Shown piece by piece: positions 1 through 12,700 of a stretch of 64,000 nt of DNA (position 1 is its first letter; every line of letters starts with the position of its first letter). The notes under the pieces were generated by a model that did no database searches, was not told the DNA's origin, and worked only from the letters and a program-made list of their open reading frames with translations. The position numbers were made by a program, and so were the translations under genes. Origin of the DNA: Antedon mediterranea. Its lineage: Eukaryota > Animalia > Echinodermata. The stretch covers positions 30,318,001 through 30,382,000 of the forward strand of contig NC_092674.1 in assembly GCF_964355755.1 (NCBI RefSeq), written 5' to 3'.

Positions 1-681
1 CATGTGATATCTATGTATATTACCAGCATATAAACATCTGTTTATAAATCATGTGAATTCAGTAGGTAAATAGACTCCCATTTCAAATTTTATTGGACTT
101 CCTGTTTTCATCTTCTGTCTCATCAGGATGTATAAAGTTTGATGAGAGAAATGCAATATTTTATTGTACAGATAATAGCTGTAGTATACAATGCTGACGT
201 ATCTATATTACAGTATGTGTAAAATGTTAACCAGTTTGTTAAAAGCATCTAATTTCTTAAAAATATTGTCCCCATGAAAAAACAAATTTTGTTTTTAATG
301 TTTTTATTGAAAATGCCATTTTAATGTCATACTGTAAAATAGTTCAATTCACTTTGACCAAAAAATGGATCGAAAAAAAAAATCACCTGAAAAAAACTGT
401 AATTAAATAAAGCAAAACAATTTCAAAATAATTGGAATTCAATGGGTTTTTGTTAAATATCAAACTGTTTAAAAATCATTATTTTTTAAAGTTTTCTTTT
501 CTGAAGTTATTAACTTTATTAATATATTAAAACTGCGAAATGTTATTCAAAGTCTGATTTTATTTAATCTTCATTTTTAATGTTTTGGGGACAATATCAC
601 ATCTTTAATGTTGTTTCTTTGAATTGTTGAAACTTACATACTGTATTTGTTTTTTAAACGTACCTGGTATACTAAATACTA

Positions 682-3600
682 ACTAGACATGAAACTCGTC
701 ACATTGACGAGTTAGTTATCCGCTCGACAAACGCCACGTGCACGTCATACGTTAGAATATTGCACACAGAAAAATATTAAGGCATTATGACTTGAACTGA
801 AGAATATGATATGTTGTTATTTCTGAATTCTGTTATTTTGTGTCATATAGTATACACAGTACAATCTGTATACATATCACAAACAGTGTAAAATAGGTGA
901 AATTACGGGACCCGTATTTTATTGTAATTTTTAACATCTTGACGATTTCAAAATGAAATGTAAAAGTAGAAATTTCTGAATGAAATTATCTCAGCAACAA
1001 CGTATTAATGTGTAGAAGAAATTTGAATACGTGAAATATTGATGCGCGCTCTTTTAAATGTAATGAAATATAATGCAAAAGATGAAAATACGACTTTTTT
1101 TATTTAACTGGCCATATGATGACGTCACAACATTCAATTGGCACAATTTACACATTATTTTGTATCTACAATACAATAGCTTCCTGAAAACGTTTTAATT
1201 GTGATTATCACATTTTATTCTTACGAGGCATAACAGATTAAAATTTACTGTAAAGATGAAATTAATGACCAACGTAATTTAAATATTTAGGCATGATGAC
1301 GTTAAAAAAATTAAAAAAGTTTTAATTCATGCAAAAGATAGTTGATAGATCTAGAATATATTAAAATCGGAATGAAAATGGACAACGAATAAGTGGAGAT
1401 GCGCTCTATTAAATGTGATGAGCTATGACGAAAGAGACAAAAATCCTATATTTTATATTCGCGTGGCCATACGATGACGTCACTATGTCCGGTTAGCCAT
1501 ATTAATGCATGATCCGATATCTACAACTCATCAACTTCCAGAATATGTAATTAAAAAAAAGGTCTCCATGTAGTTTAGAATCTATGACTGTTTAAAAATA
1601 GGCATAATTTTGACGAATTTTTGAACTTTTTCACCAAAAACGCGTACAAATTATCTAATTCGACGTGCTCGTATGACGTAATTTTAAGTCGAAATTGTTT
1701 AAAATTTGGTAACATTACTAGAAAAGGCTAAAAAAACATAAATCACGCGAAAAAAATATGTTTTTAACGCTACGTGTGCATCGCGTGCGTAAAAATGTTC
1801 GCGCGCGTGGGAATTTTTGACATGCTCAAAATGACATGAAACGCATAGAAAGTTGATTAGAAGTTTATATTTCGCACGTTAAAATTTTAAACGCGCGTGC
1901 GCGCGTAACTTTTTGTGAAACATGCTATTTTTAATCCATAGAAAGTTTGCGCTTGATATGACTTAAATTTTCACAAAGTTTCAAAACAAAATTATGTTTG
2001 GTTTTTAGTCTATGATCAATCATTGAAATTCATAAAATCGCACGTAAGTCACGTTGCGCAACTCTGACGTCATTCAAAAATAGGAGGTGCACAAGTTCAC
2101 GTAAATGTCGATATGTTGACAAAGTTACGATATGTTCTGTGTACACGTTTTAGAGAAACGCGACGCACAAAAATGACAGAAAGAAAGAAGTACTAGACAT
2201 GAAACTCGTCACTTTGACGAGTTAGTTATCCGCACCACGACAAACGCCACATGCACGTCATACGTTGGAATATTCCACACAGATAAAGATTATGGCATTA
2301 TGACAAGAACTGAAGAATATGATATGCTGTTAGTGCTGAATTCTGTCAATTTTGTGTCATATAGTATACATGCAAACACTGCAGTATAATCTGTATACAT
2401 ATTACATACAGTGTAGAATAGGTGAAATTACGGGATCCGCCATTTATTCCAATTTTTAACATGGCGACGGTATCAAAATGAAACACTTAGATAGCAATTT
2501 CAGAAGGAAATTATCTTAGGAACAACATATTAACGTGTAGAAGAAATTTGAATACGTAAAATATAGATGCGCACCCTTGTAAATGTGATGAACTATTACG
2601 CAAAATATGAAAATACAACTTTTTTTATTCAACTGGCCATATGATGACGTCACAACATCCGATTGGCAAAATGTTTACATGAATTCGTATCTACAATCCC
2701 ATAGCTTCCAGAAAACGTTTTAATCATGATTATCACTTTTTATTCTGATGAGCTATAACAGATTGAAATTTACTGTAAAGATGAAAATAAGTGACCCACG
2801 TTATTTACAATTTTCGACATGATGACGTCATAAAAATTAAAATATTTTTAACTCATGCGAAAGATAGTTCATTCACCTAGAGAATATCAAAATCGGGGTG
2901 AAAATAAAAAACGGATAAGTGGAGATGCGCTCTATTAAATGTGATGCGCTATGACGAAAGATATAAAAATCTTATATTTTATATTCGCGTGGCCATACGA
3001 TGACGTTATAATGTCCGATTAGCCATATTAATGCATGATTCCATATCTACAACTCATCAACTTCCAGAATATATAATTTAAAAAAAGTTCACCTCGTAGT
3101 TTAGAATCTATGAATGTTTAAAAAAAGGCATAATTTTGACGAATTTTGACAAATTTTTTAACTTTTCCATCAAAAACGCACGTAAATTATCCAATTGGAT
3201 GTGCCCGTATGACGTAATTTTAGGTCAAAATTGTTCAAAAGTTGGTAAAATTACCAGAAAAGGCTGGAAAAACATGAATCACGCGAAAAAAATTTATTTT
3301 CAACGCTACGTGCGCACCCTGCGAGTAAAAATATGCGCGCGCGTGGGAATTTTTGACATGCTCAAAATGACATGAAACGCGTAGAAAGTTGATTAGAAAT
3401 TGATTTTTCGCATTTTGAAATTTTAAACGCCCGTGCGCGCGTAACTTCTTGTGAAACATGCCATTTTTTTTCCACAGTCAGTTAGCGCAAGATATAAATT
3501 AAACTTTTGTTAAATTTCAATTTAAATTGCTATATGGTTTTCGATCTATGTTAAATACGCGAAATTCGTTAAAATGCGCGTAAATCACGTTGCGCAATTC

Positions 3601-6600
3601 TGACGTCATTCACAATAGGAGGTGCACAATTTCACGTGAATGCCCACATGTTGACAAAGTTATAAAATGTTTTGTTTACAAGTTTTTGAGATACGCGAGA
3701 CACAAAATTGACAGAAAGAAAGAATAATACAGAAAAAAAAAAAAAAAAAAAAACTAGACATGAAACTCGTCACATTGACGAGTTAGTTATCCGCACCACG
3801 ACAAACGCCACGTGCACGTCATACGTTGGAATATTGCACACAGATATTAAAAGATTATGGCATTATGACAAGAACTGAAGAATATGATATGCTGTTAGTG
3901 CTGAATTCTGTCAATTTTGTGTCATATAGTATATACATGCAAACAGTATAATCTGTATACATATTACATACAGTGTAGAATAGGTGAAATTACGGGACCC
4001 GCCATTTATTCCAATTTTTAACATGGCGACGGTATCAAAATGAAACACTTAGATAGCAATTTCAGAAGGAAATTATCTCAGGAACAACATATTAACGTGT
4101 AGAAGAAATTTGAATACGTAAAATATAGATGCGCACCCTTTTAAATGTGATGAACTATTACGCAAAATATGAATATACGTCTTTTTTTATTCAACTGGCC
4201 ATATGATGACATCACAACATCCGATTGGCAAAATGTTTACATGAATTCGTATCTACAATCCAATAGCTTCCAGAAAACGTTTTAATCGTGATTATCACAT
4301 TTTATTCTGATGAGCTATAACAGATTAAAATTTACTGTAAAGATAAATATAAGTGACCCACGTTATTTACATTTTTAGACATAATGACGTCATAAAAATT
4401 AAAAAAATTTTTACTCATGCGTAAGATAGTTGATTGACCTAGAAAATTTCAAAATCTGGGTTAAAATGGAATACGGATAAGTGGAGAGGCGCTCTATTAA
4501 ATGAGATGCGCTATGACGAAAGATACAAAAATCCTATATTTTATATTCGCGTGGCCATACGATGACGTCACAATGTCCGGTTTGCCATATCAATGCATGA
4601 TTCCTTATCTACAACTTATCATCTTCCTGGATATGTAATTTAAACAAAGTTCACCTCGTAGTTTAGAATCTATGATTGTTTAAAAAAAGGTATAATTTTG
4701 ACAAATTTTTGAACTTTTTCCTCAAAAACGCACATAAATTATCCAATTCGACGTGCCCGTATGACGTAATTTGAAGTCGAAATTGTTTCAAAGTTGGTAA
4801 AATTACTATAAAAGGCTTGAAAACATAAATCACTAGAGAAAAATTGTTTTCAACGCTACGTTCGCACCGCGCGCGTAAAAAAAAGCGCGCGCGTGGGAAT
4901 TTTTTACATGCTTAAAATGACATGAAACGCGTAGAAAGTTGATTAGAAATTGATTTTTCGCAATTTGAAATTTTAAACGCGCGTGCGCGCGTAACTTCGT
5001 GTGAAACATGCCATTTTTTCCCCATAGTCAGTTAGCGCAAGATATAACTTAAACTTTTTTTCAATTTCAATTTAAATTGTTATATGGTTTTCGATCTATG
5101 TTAAATACGCGAAATTCGGAAAAACGCGCGTAAGTCATGTTGCGCAACTCTGACGTCATTCAAAAATAGGAGGTGCACAATTTCACGTAAATGCCCACAT
5201 GTTGACAAAGTTATGAAATGTTATGTTTACACGTTTTTGAGTTACGCGAGACACAAAAATGACAGAAAGAAAGAAGAATACAGAAAAAAAACTAGACATG
5301 AAACTCGTCACTTTGACGAGTTAGTTATCCGCACCACGACAAACACCACGTGCACGTCATACGTTGGAATATTGCACACAGATAAAGATTATGGCATTAT
5401 GACAAGAACTGAAGAATATGATATGCTGTAAGTGCTGAATTCTGTCAATTTTGTGTCATATAGTATACATGCAAACACTACAGTATAATCTGCATACATA
5501 TTACATACAGTGTAGAAAAGGTGAAATTACGGGACCCGCCATTTATTCCAATTTTTAACATGGCGACGGTATCAAAATGAAACACTTAGATAGCAATTTC
5601 AGAAGGAAATTATCTTAGGAACAACATATTAACGTGTAGAAGAAATTTGAATACGTAAAATATAGATGCGCACCCTTTTAAATGTGATGAACTATTACGC
5701 AAAATATGAAAATACAACTTTTTTTATTCAACTGGCCATATGATGACGTCACAACATCCGATTGGCAAAATGTTTACATGAATTCGTATCTACAATCCCA
5801 TAGCTTCCAGAAAACGTTTAAATCATGATTATCACTTTTTATTCTGATGAGCTATAACAGATTGAAATTTACTGTAAAGATGAAAATAAGTGACCCACGT
5901 TATTTGCAATTTTCGACATGATGACGTCATAAAAATTAAAATATTTTTAACTCATGCGAAAGATAGTTCATTCACCTAGACAATATCAAAATCGGGGTGA
6001 AAATAAAAAACGGATAAGTGGAGATGCGCTCTATTAAATGTGATGCGCTATGACGAAAGATATAAAAATCCTATATTTTATATTCGCGTGGCCATACGAT
6101 GACGTTATAATGTCCGATTAGCCATATTAATGCATGATTCCATATCTACAACTCATCAACTTCCAGAATATATAATTTAAAAAAAGTTCACCTCGTAGTT
6201 TAGAATCTATGAATGTTTAAAAAAAGGCATAATTTTGACGAATTTTGACAAATTTTTGAACTTTTTCATCAAAAACGCACGTAAATTATCCAATTGGATG
6301 TGCCCGTATGACGTAATTTTAGGTCAAAATTGTTCAAAAGTTGGTAAAATTACCAGAAAAGGCTGGAAAAACATGAATCACGCGAAAAAAATGTATTTTC
6401 AATGCTACGTGCGCACCGTGCGAGTAAAAATATGCGCGCGCGTGGGAATTTTTGACATGCTCAAAATGACATGAAACGCGTAGAAAGTTGATTAGAAATT
6501 GTTTTTTCGCATTTTGAAATTTTAAACGCCCGTGCGCGCGTAACTTCTTGTGAAACATGCCATTTTTTTTCCACAGTCAGTTAGCGCAAGATATAAATTA

Positions 6601-6959
6601 AACTTTTGTTAAGTTTCAATTTAAATTGCTATATGGTTTTCGATCTATGTTAAATACGCGAAATTCGTTAAAACGCGCGTAAATCACGTTGCGCAATTCT
6701 GACGTCATTCACAATAGGAGGTGCACAATTTCACGTGAATGCCCACATGTTGACAAAGTTATAAAATGTTTTGTTTACAAGTTTTTGAGATACGCGAGAC
6801 ACAAAATTGACAGAAAGAAAGAATAATACAGAAAAAAAAAAAAAAAAAAAAGATGATTTCATACAGTTACAAGGAGTTATCCGCTACTAAGCGGATAACT
6901 AAAAAAAAAAGATGATTTCATACAGTTACAAGGAGTTATCCGCTACTAAGCGGATAACT
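682..6959 (+). mobile_element. Tandem/nested array of four ~1.5-kb non-autonomous Helentron/HINE (DINE-1/pearl-like) elements, probably in FCHSD2 intron 4
   Basis: Units begin ACTAGACATGAAACTCGTCAC at 682, 2192, 3753 and 5291. Each has a 5' hairpin (AACTCGTCA...TGACGAGTT) followed by AGTTATCCGC, and ends in a GACAGAAAGAAAGAA microsatellite/A-tract. The 3' end carries the hairpin AGTTATCCGC-TACTAA-GCGGATAACT, complementary to the 5' subterminal motif, twice (6852-6900, 6911-6959). No TSD and no transposase ORF. Family assignment is from architecture only. Confidence 0.75.
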
Positions 6960-9306
6960 AAATAGAAACTAAAAGTTGACTATACTGTTAGTTACAGTAC
7001 TGTATCATATACATATTTTACAGATCTCATAAAAATTAGTTTTGATAAAGGAGTTAAGTACATTATTGATTCTGTGAAGTATTCTTGATCAAACAAATGA
7101 CCCTTGACATAACTTTCACAAGCAATTCAGTTTTTTAATTGGACTTTGAACATTCAACAGTCTAAGTCATGTACTTGTAAAAGTGTTAGATTTAATTGTT
7201 CCTTGTAAACAACGATTTTTGAGTGGAATGTTGATTTAAAGAGGTGAAAATTGGAGAGTGTGAATTTACGTCACCTTTGGAAGATTTTCCAATAATGTTT
7301 AACTTTTATTGTTAGGTTCCCTTCCATGCAGCTTTATTTTCTAAATCAAACCAAATCAATCTACTCATGGAGCCAGAAACGTTTTTTCATTGGTTTTTTT
7401 GTGAGTTTTTGATGATATAAAGAATATCTGGTTTGATTTTGGTAATGTAACAATTCTTCAAAAATCTATTCTCTTGTTGAAAACTCAATAAATCCAATAA
7501 CACATGACTCAGACTGTATTTCATAAATTGAATAGCCTGAGGGTGATCTTCCTGTGTTTGTTTTGATTTTCAAAAAAAATTAAATTATATATACGTATAT
7601 ATATATACCATGTGGATAAAGAATGGCAGGAAATAGAAATGGTTGCATGATAGTGTTTGTAGCATTACAGTTAGGCACACATTGGTAAGCTACATTAGGC
7701 CTACAGTATGTTATAACATAGAAACAATCTGCAAAACAACAAATTACACCTCTCCTCACCATAAATAATGATACTTGTAGGTAGGGTACAGCACTGTACA
7801 CACACTGCAATACAGTTGATCATTTATTTATAATTAACTGCTTTAAAAAAATTAGTCGAATATTATAAACTAGGGGCAACTACTTTGTTTCCGTAATTTG
7901 AAACGTACAGTAGTACCAGTATTATTTTCATATTCCTAACTACCGGTATTAATAATATCAAAACATCATCGTGTTGTCTTGGTATTCAATTATGACCCCA
8001 ACCCCATACCAGGGTAGTACCAGCTACTATACAGTTAGCCAATGAATGTCAGAGTTTACAGATCCGAACATGACCCCAACCCCCCCCCGGCATACCAGGG
8101 TAGTACCAACAGATAGCATGAATGGCAGAGTTTACAGATTGAAGGGTATTGTGGGGATTTCCTTCCAATTAATAATATTCCAGAATGCCAACAAGGACAC
8201 AACATAGGAAATCCTAAGACAGATTCTCTATTTACCCTTCAAATTGATATGTATCACACTGTACTTGCTCAATATTCCTAAGTTTAACCTAAGCTTAAAA
8301 TAATTCACCATTTTACAATGGAATTTACTAGTTTAAAATTATAATTCAATCATTAAGGTTGGAATTAACTGGTTTAACATAACAAAAGGCGATATTATAT
8401 AAACACAATGGAATGACATCCTGTTTGATGTAAGCCTACTAGCTACTACACAAACGTTGATGTGTTGATGTCGTTGGTTTATGTTTTATTCAGAAGAAGT
8501 GTCAGATTAAAGGGTCAAGGATTCTATAGGAAAAGTAAAAATATTATTATTAATATTAATTATTATCCATTTCTTTACCATTTTATTCACTTTTTGATGA
8601 TTGAAAGTAACGTTTTTTTTATATAAAAAATACAGTACTGTTAGGAACAGGAGTGCCACAGTGGGGGTGAGGGATATCTTTTAGAAAGAAAGATGGCAAA
8701 ATACACACAAAAAAAAAACCATTATGAATTGCACAAAAACAGGATCATTTGCATGTATCCTGAAATTTGTTGAATGCATGATGAGTAGTTGGCTAACTTT
8801 CCATAAGGAGGTCATTCAAATGCCTTGACGGTGTGTGACAGTGTCTCAGTATCCTGTAACAGGTTTGTCATCGTCTATTTGTGGAAAAGTCATAAAAAAC
8901 AAAACTTTGTATCACAAAGAATGGCAGGCCTGACCAAGATTAAAGGGGAACCACAGCAAAGCTTTCCATGTCTGAAACACAAGGACCTCCTGCTTATAAC
9001 ATATCTTAAGGCCTTGCTTAGTCATGGAACTTAGTTTCATAGAACGTCATTCTAAAAATAACCGACTGATTCAGCCACAACAGAAAGTAATTATTAAGGA
9101 ACGGGTCTATGGTTAAAAGATTTGATAAAAAATGGTGGAACTTGAGAATCTACAATAAAATGAGAAAGGTTCCTTATTTATTCTGGGCATAGCCAGTATT
9201 TCATTTCTCATACACATCCAATAGCAAATAACTCACCAATTACAGAAACGAAATTACAAATATCATGCTTATATAAAGTTTAAGTCTCATTTGATGCTAA
9301 AAGGGA

Positions 9307-9561
9307 GTAGAGTTGTGGCTTAGTGGTTATGATGCTTGGCTACCACTCCAAGGGTCCTGGGTTCAAGTTCCATCACATGTCAGAATTTTTTCTACTGTAA
9401 GGACAAAATTACAACTCCACTCTCAAAGACTTGTAATAAGACTTTGTTTATGTAGAGCATCTTGTGTATATGTTTGTCTTGTGAACCTCTGAGGGTCCCT
9501 AATAATCAGCAATTTCTGGATGGATCACCCTCATTAAATATGGTAAAAAAAACAAAAAAAA
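9307..9561 (+). mobile_element. tRNA-derived SINE
   Basis: Box A TGGCTTAGTGG and box B GGTTCAAGTTCC with tRNA-like spacing, a unique body and an A-rich tail. Confidence 0.6.
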
Positions 9562-9779
9562 CTCTCATACTAGTTCAGGATTGAACCTTGTATCTTGTGA
9601 TTTGCAGTGGCAGAGATCCAGGATTTTGAAATAGGGGGCCCAGGGCCTAAAAGTAGTGAAATGAAGGACTGAGCTTTATTTGATAAATCTTTGCATTACA
9701 ATTTGTGAAATTTAGAAGGGGTCCGGGTCGACTGGGTACTGAATCCTCCCTGATCTCAAGCATGATAAGCACAACTTAC

Positions 9780-12700
9780 CTGTGTTCTTTATTCTCATCT
9801 GAAATTTCAACATCTTTTGCCCCTTCTCGTTTCTGTTGAAACTGTGCAACTAACTTCTGTAAACTCTAAAAAAATAAAGAAATTCAATTAAAACACCACA
9901 TAATACTTTAAAGCAATAATTATTATCTAGACCTTCCCCATATCTTGACTTATTAGCTGATCTGTTGCTAGATTTACTGATAACACACCCCCTTAGTGAT
10001 TTACTGATAACACACCCCCTTAGTGATTTACTGATAACACACCCCCTTAGTGATTTACTGAAAACACACCCCCTTAGTGATTTACTGATAACACACCCCC
10101 TTAGTGATTTACTGATAACACACCCCCTTAGTGATTTACTGATAACACACCCCCTTAGTGATTTACTGATAACACACCCCCTTAGTGATTTACTGATAAC
10201 ACACCCCCTTAGTGATTTACTGATAACACACCCCCTTAGTGATTTACTGATAACACACCCCCTTAGTGATTTACTGATAACACACCCCCTTAGTGATTTA
10301 CTGATAACACACCCCCTTAGTGATTTACTGATAACACACCCCCTTAGTGATTTACTGATAACACACCCCCTTAGTGATTTACTGATAACACACCCCCTTA
10401 GTGATTTACTGATAACACACCCCCTTAGTGATTTACTGATAACACACCCCCTTTAGTGATTTACTGATAACACACCCCCTTAGTGGTTTACTGATAACAC
10501 ACCCCCTTAGTGGTTTACTGATAACACACCCCCTTAGTGATTTACTGATAACACACCCCCTTAGTGATTTACTGATAACACACCCCCTTAGTGATTTACT
10601 GATAACACACCCCCTTAGTGATTTACTGATAACACACCCCCTTAGTGATTTACTGATAACACACCCCCTTAGTGATTTACTGATAACACACCCCCTTAGT
10701 GATTTACTGATAACACACCCCCTTAGTGATTTACTGATAACACACCCCCTTAGTGATTTACTGATAACACACCCCCTTAGTGATTTACTGATAACACACC
10801 CCCTTAGTGATTTACTGATAACACACCCCCTTAGTGATTTACTGATAACACACCCCCTTAGTGATTTACTGATAACACACCCCCTTAGTGATTTACTGAT
10901 AACACACCCCCTTAGTGATTTACTGATAACACACCCCCTTAGTGATTTACTGATAACACACCCCCTTAGTGATTTACTGATAACACACCCCCTTAGTGAT
11001 TTACTGATAACACACCCCCTTAGTGATTTACTGATAACACACCCCCTTAGTGATTTACTGATAACACACCCCCTTAGTGATTTACTGATAACACACCCCC
11101 TTAGTGATTTACTGATAACACACCCCCTTTAGTGGTGAACATACAAACACCTCTGTACTGTAGAACACTTAATATATAATCACACCCATTGCAAATAGTG
11201 ATTGCACAAAACATGGACAAACTGGATAGGAATTGATTTTTTTTTCAAAAGTATTCTCACAGACGTACTTTGTAGAGTATCATTTTTCTTTAATAATACT
11301 TTAGGAACTTTTTATAATAATTTAATACAGTCATTAAAAAGCCAGCAAACTTTTGAGCTGGACAAATTGTCAATTTTTCTCAGAAATGTTTGTTTTTGAG
11401 AATCCACATAATTATTATGAATTTTACTTAAAGATGTATTGTCCCTTTGACTAATTCCAAAAAAATAAAAAATAAAAGATTTCGAAAAAAGGTGGGTCAT
11501 TTTGAAGCATCATAATAGTTATTAACTATCACCAAAAATTTTTCGAAAAAAAAAAATTTTTACTGAAATACAGACGTTTTTTTGTTAAAAAAATAACTTT
11601 GACTTCCAGTCAAAGTTTTCAATCAAAACATATCCCATAATGAAACGCGCTTGTTTGGTTACTCTGTACGCATAATCATAAAACTTCCTCATGATCTGTT
11701 TGAAAATACCTTCTTAACCGTGACGAGTTGTAAACAATTCTAATTTAGCATATGCATAATGCGTACTCATGGTTTGAAATCTTTGTTTACTTTCGCTCGT
11801 GACGATTTTCCAGATGAAATGTAATCAAACTAATTTACCTGTTAATTACGTAAACTTGTTGTTTTTGGCTCAAATTTTCGACTCAAAGTGAATAACTTTA
11901 ATATTACTTTGATATGGCCACTTTAAATTTAGAATATTTTGACCTTCATTTTTTTGTGTTTCAAGGGACAATACATCTTTAAACACTACTGACATACATA
12001 CCTGAGCACAAACCCTTTCAATAATTGACCGCTGTTTAGCAAACTCTCTGAAATTAAACAAAAGCAAACAATAACACACCAACACAGTTGCTTGGAAAAA
12101 TCTCTTACAACCACACAATGTTTGGAGTTTTCGGGAGAAGTCAGATTTTTAGAATGACTTTTATTATTGATCTTAGTAGAATTGATAAAAAGAGATTGTG
12201 GTTTGTTATAAAATAAATGAATAAAAATTATATTGAGGACATCTTTAAGATCTAACAAGGTTTTCCCAAGTGCTGTCCCTTGAATAAGTGTTATTTCTAT
12301 TTCTATAGTGGTAAAACTAATATTTCCCTTGGTCATGTCATTGGAAAGTGTCCCTTTTATGTCTTAGGTAGGGGTGTCCATAAGGAATAGCTATAAGTGT
12401 AACTTAGGGCCTATAGATCACTACTGTACAGTGCATTATCTGATTGAATGTCTGTAATCTTTCAATTCACAGAGATTGAACAAACACATTATTGACATAA
12501 AGTAGAGTTTATCTGACACTCCTCTCCTGTCAAAGACATGCTTGTTAAATAAGCAAAGTTCATAAATATTTTGTATCAAAAAATAAAACATTTATTTATC
12601 TGTACTTTCAATCAGACTTCCCATTATTATACGTTTCATAAATTAATTTATTTTATTTTGACCATGGACAGTCTACTTATTTACATATTTTTGGCTTATT

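Noticed and set aside
3136-6558. Duplicated 74-79-aa ORFs in the 1.5-kb repeats
   Set aside because: Present only in the two near-identical units, disrupted in the others, and lacking transposase or Rep/Hel motifs.
8740-8860. Candidate FCHSD2 exon 5
   Set aside because: The required frame has an in-frame stop and no similarity to the expected F-BAR continuation.
9965-10456. 163-aa (DLLITHPLS)n ORF
   Set aside because: Translation of a 27-bp minisatellite in a FCHSD2 intron. It has no ATG, and the frame is broken by a 1-bp insertion.
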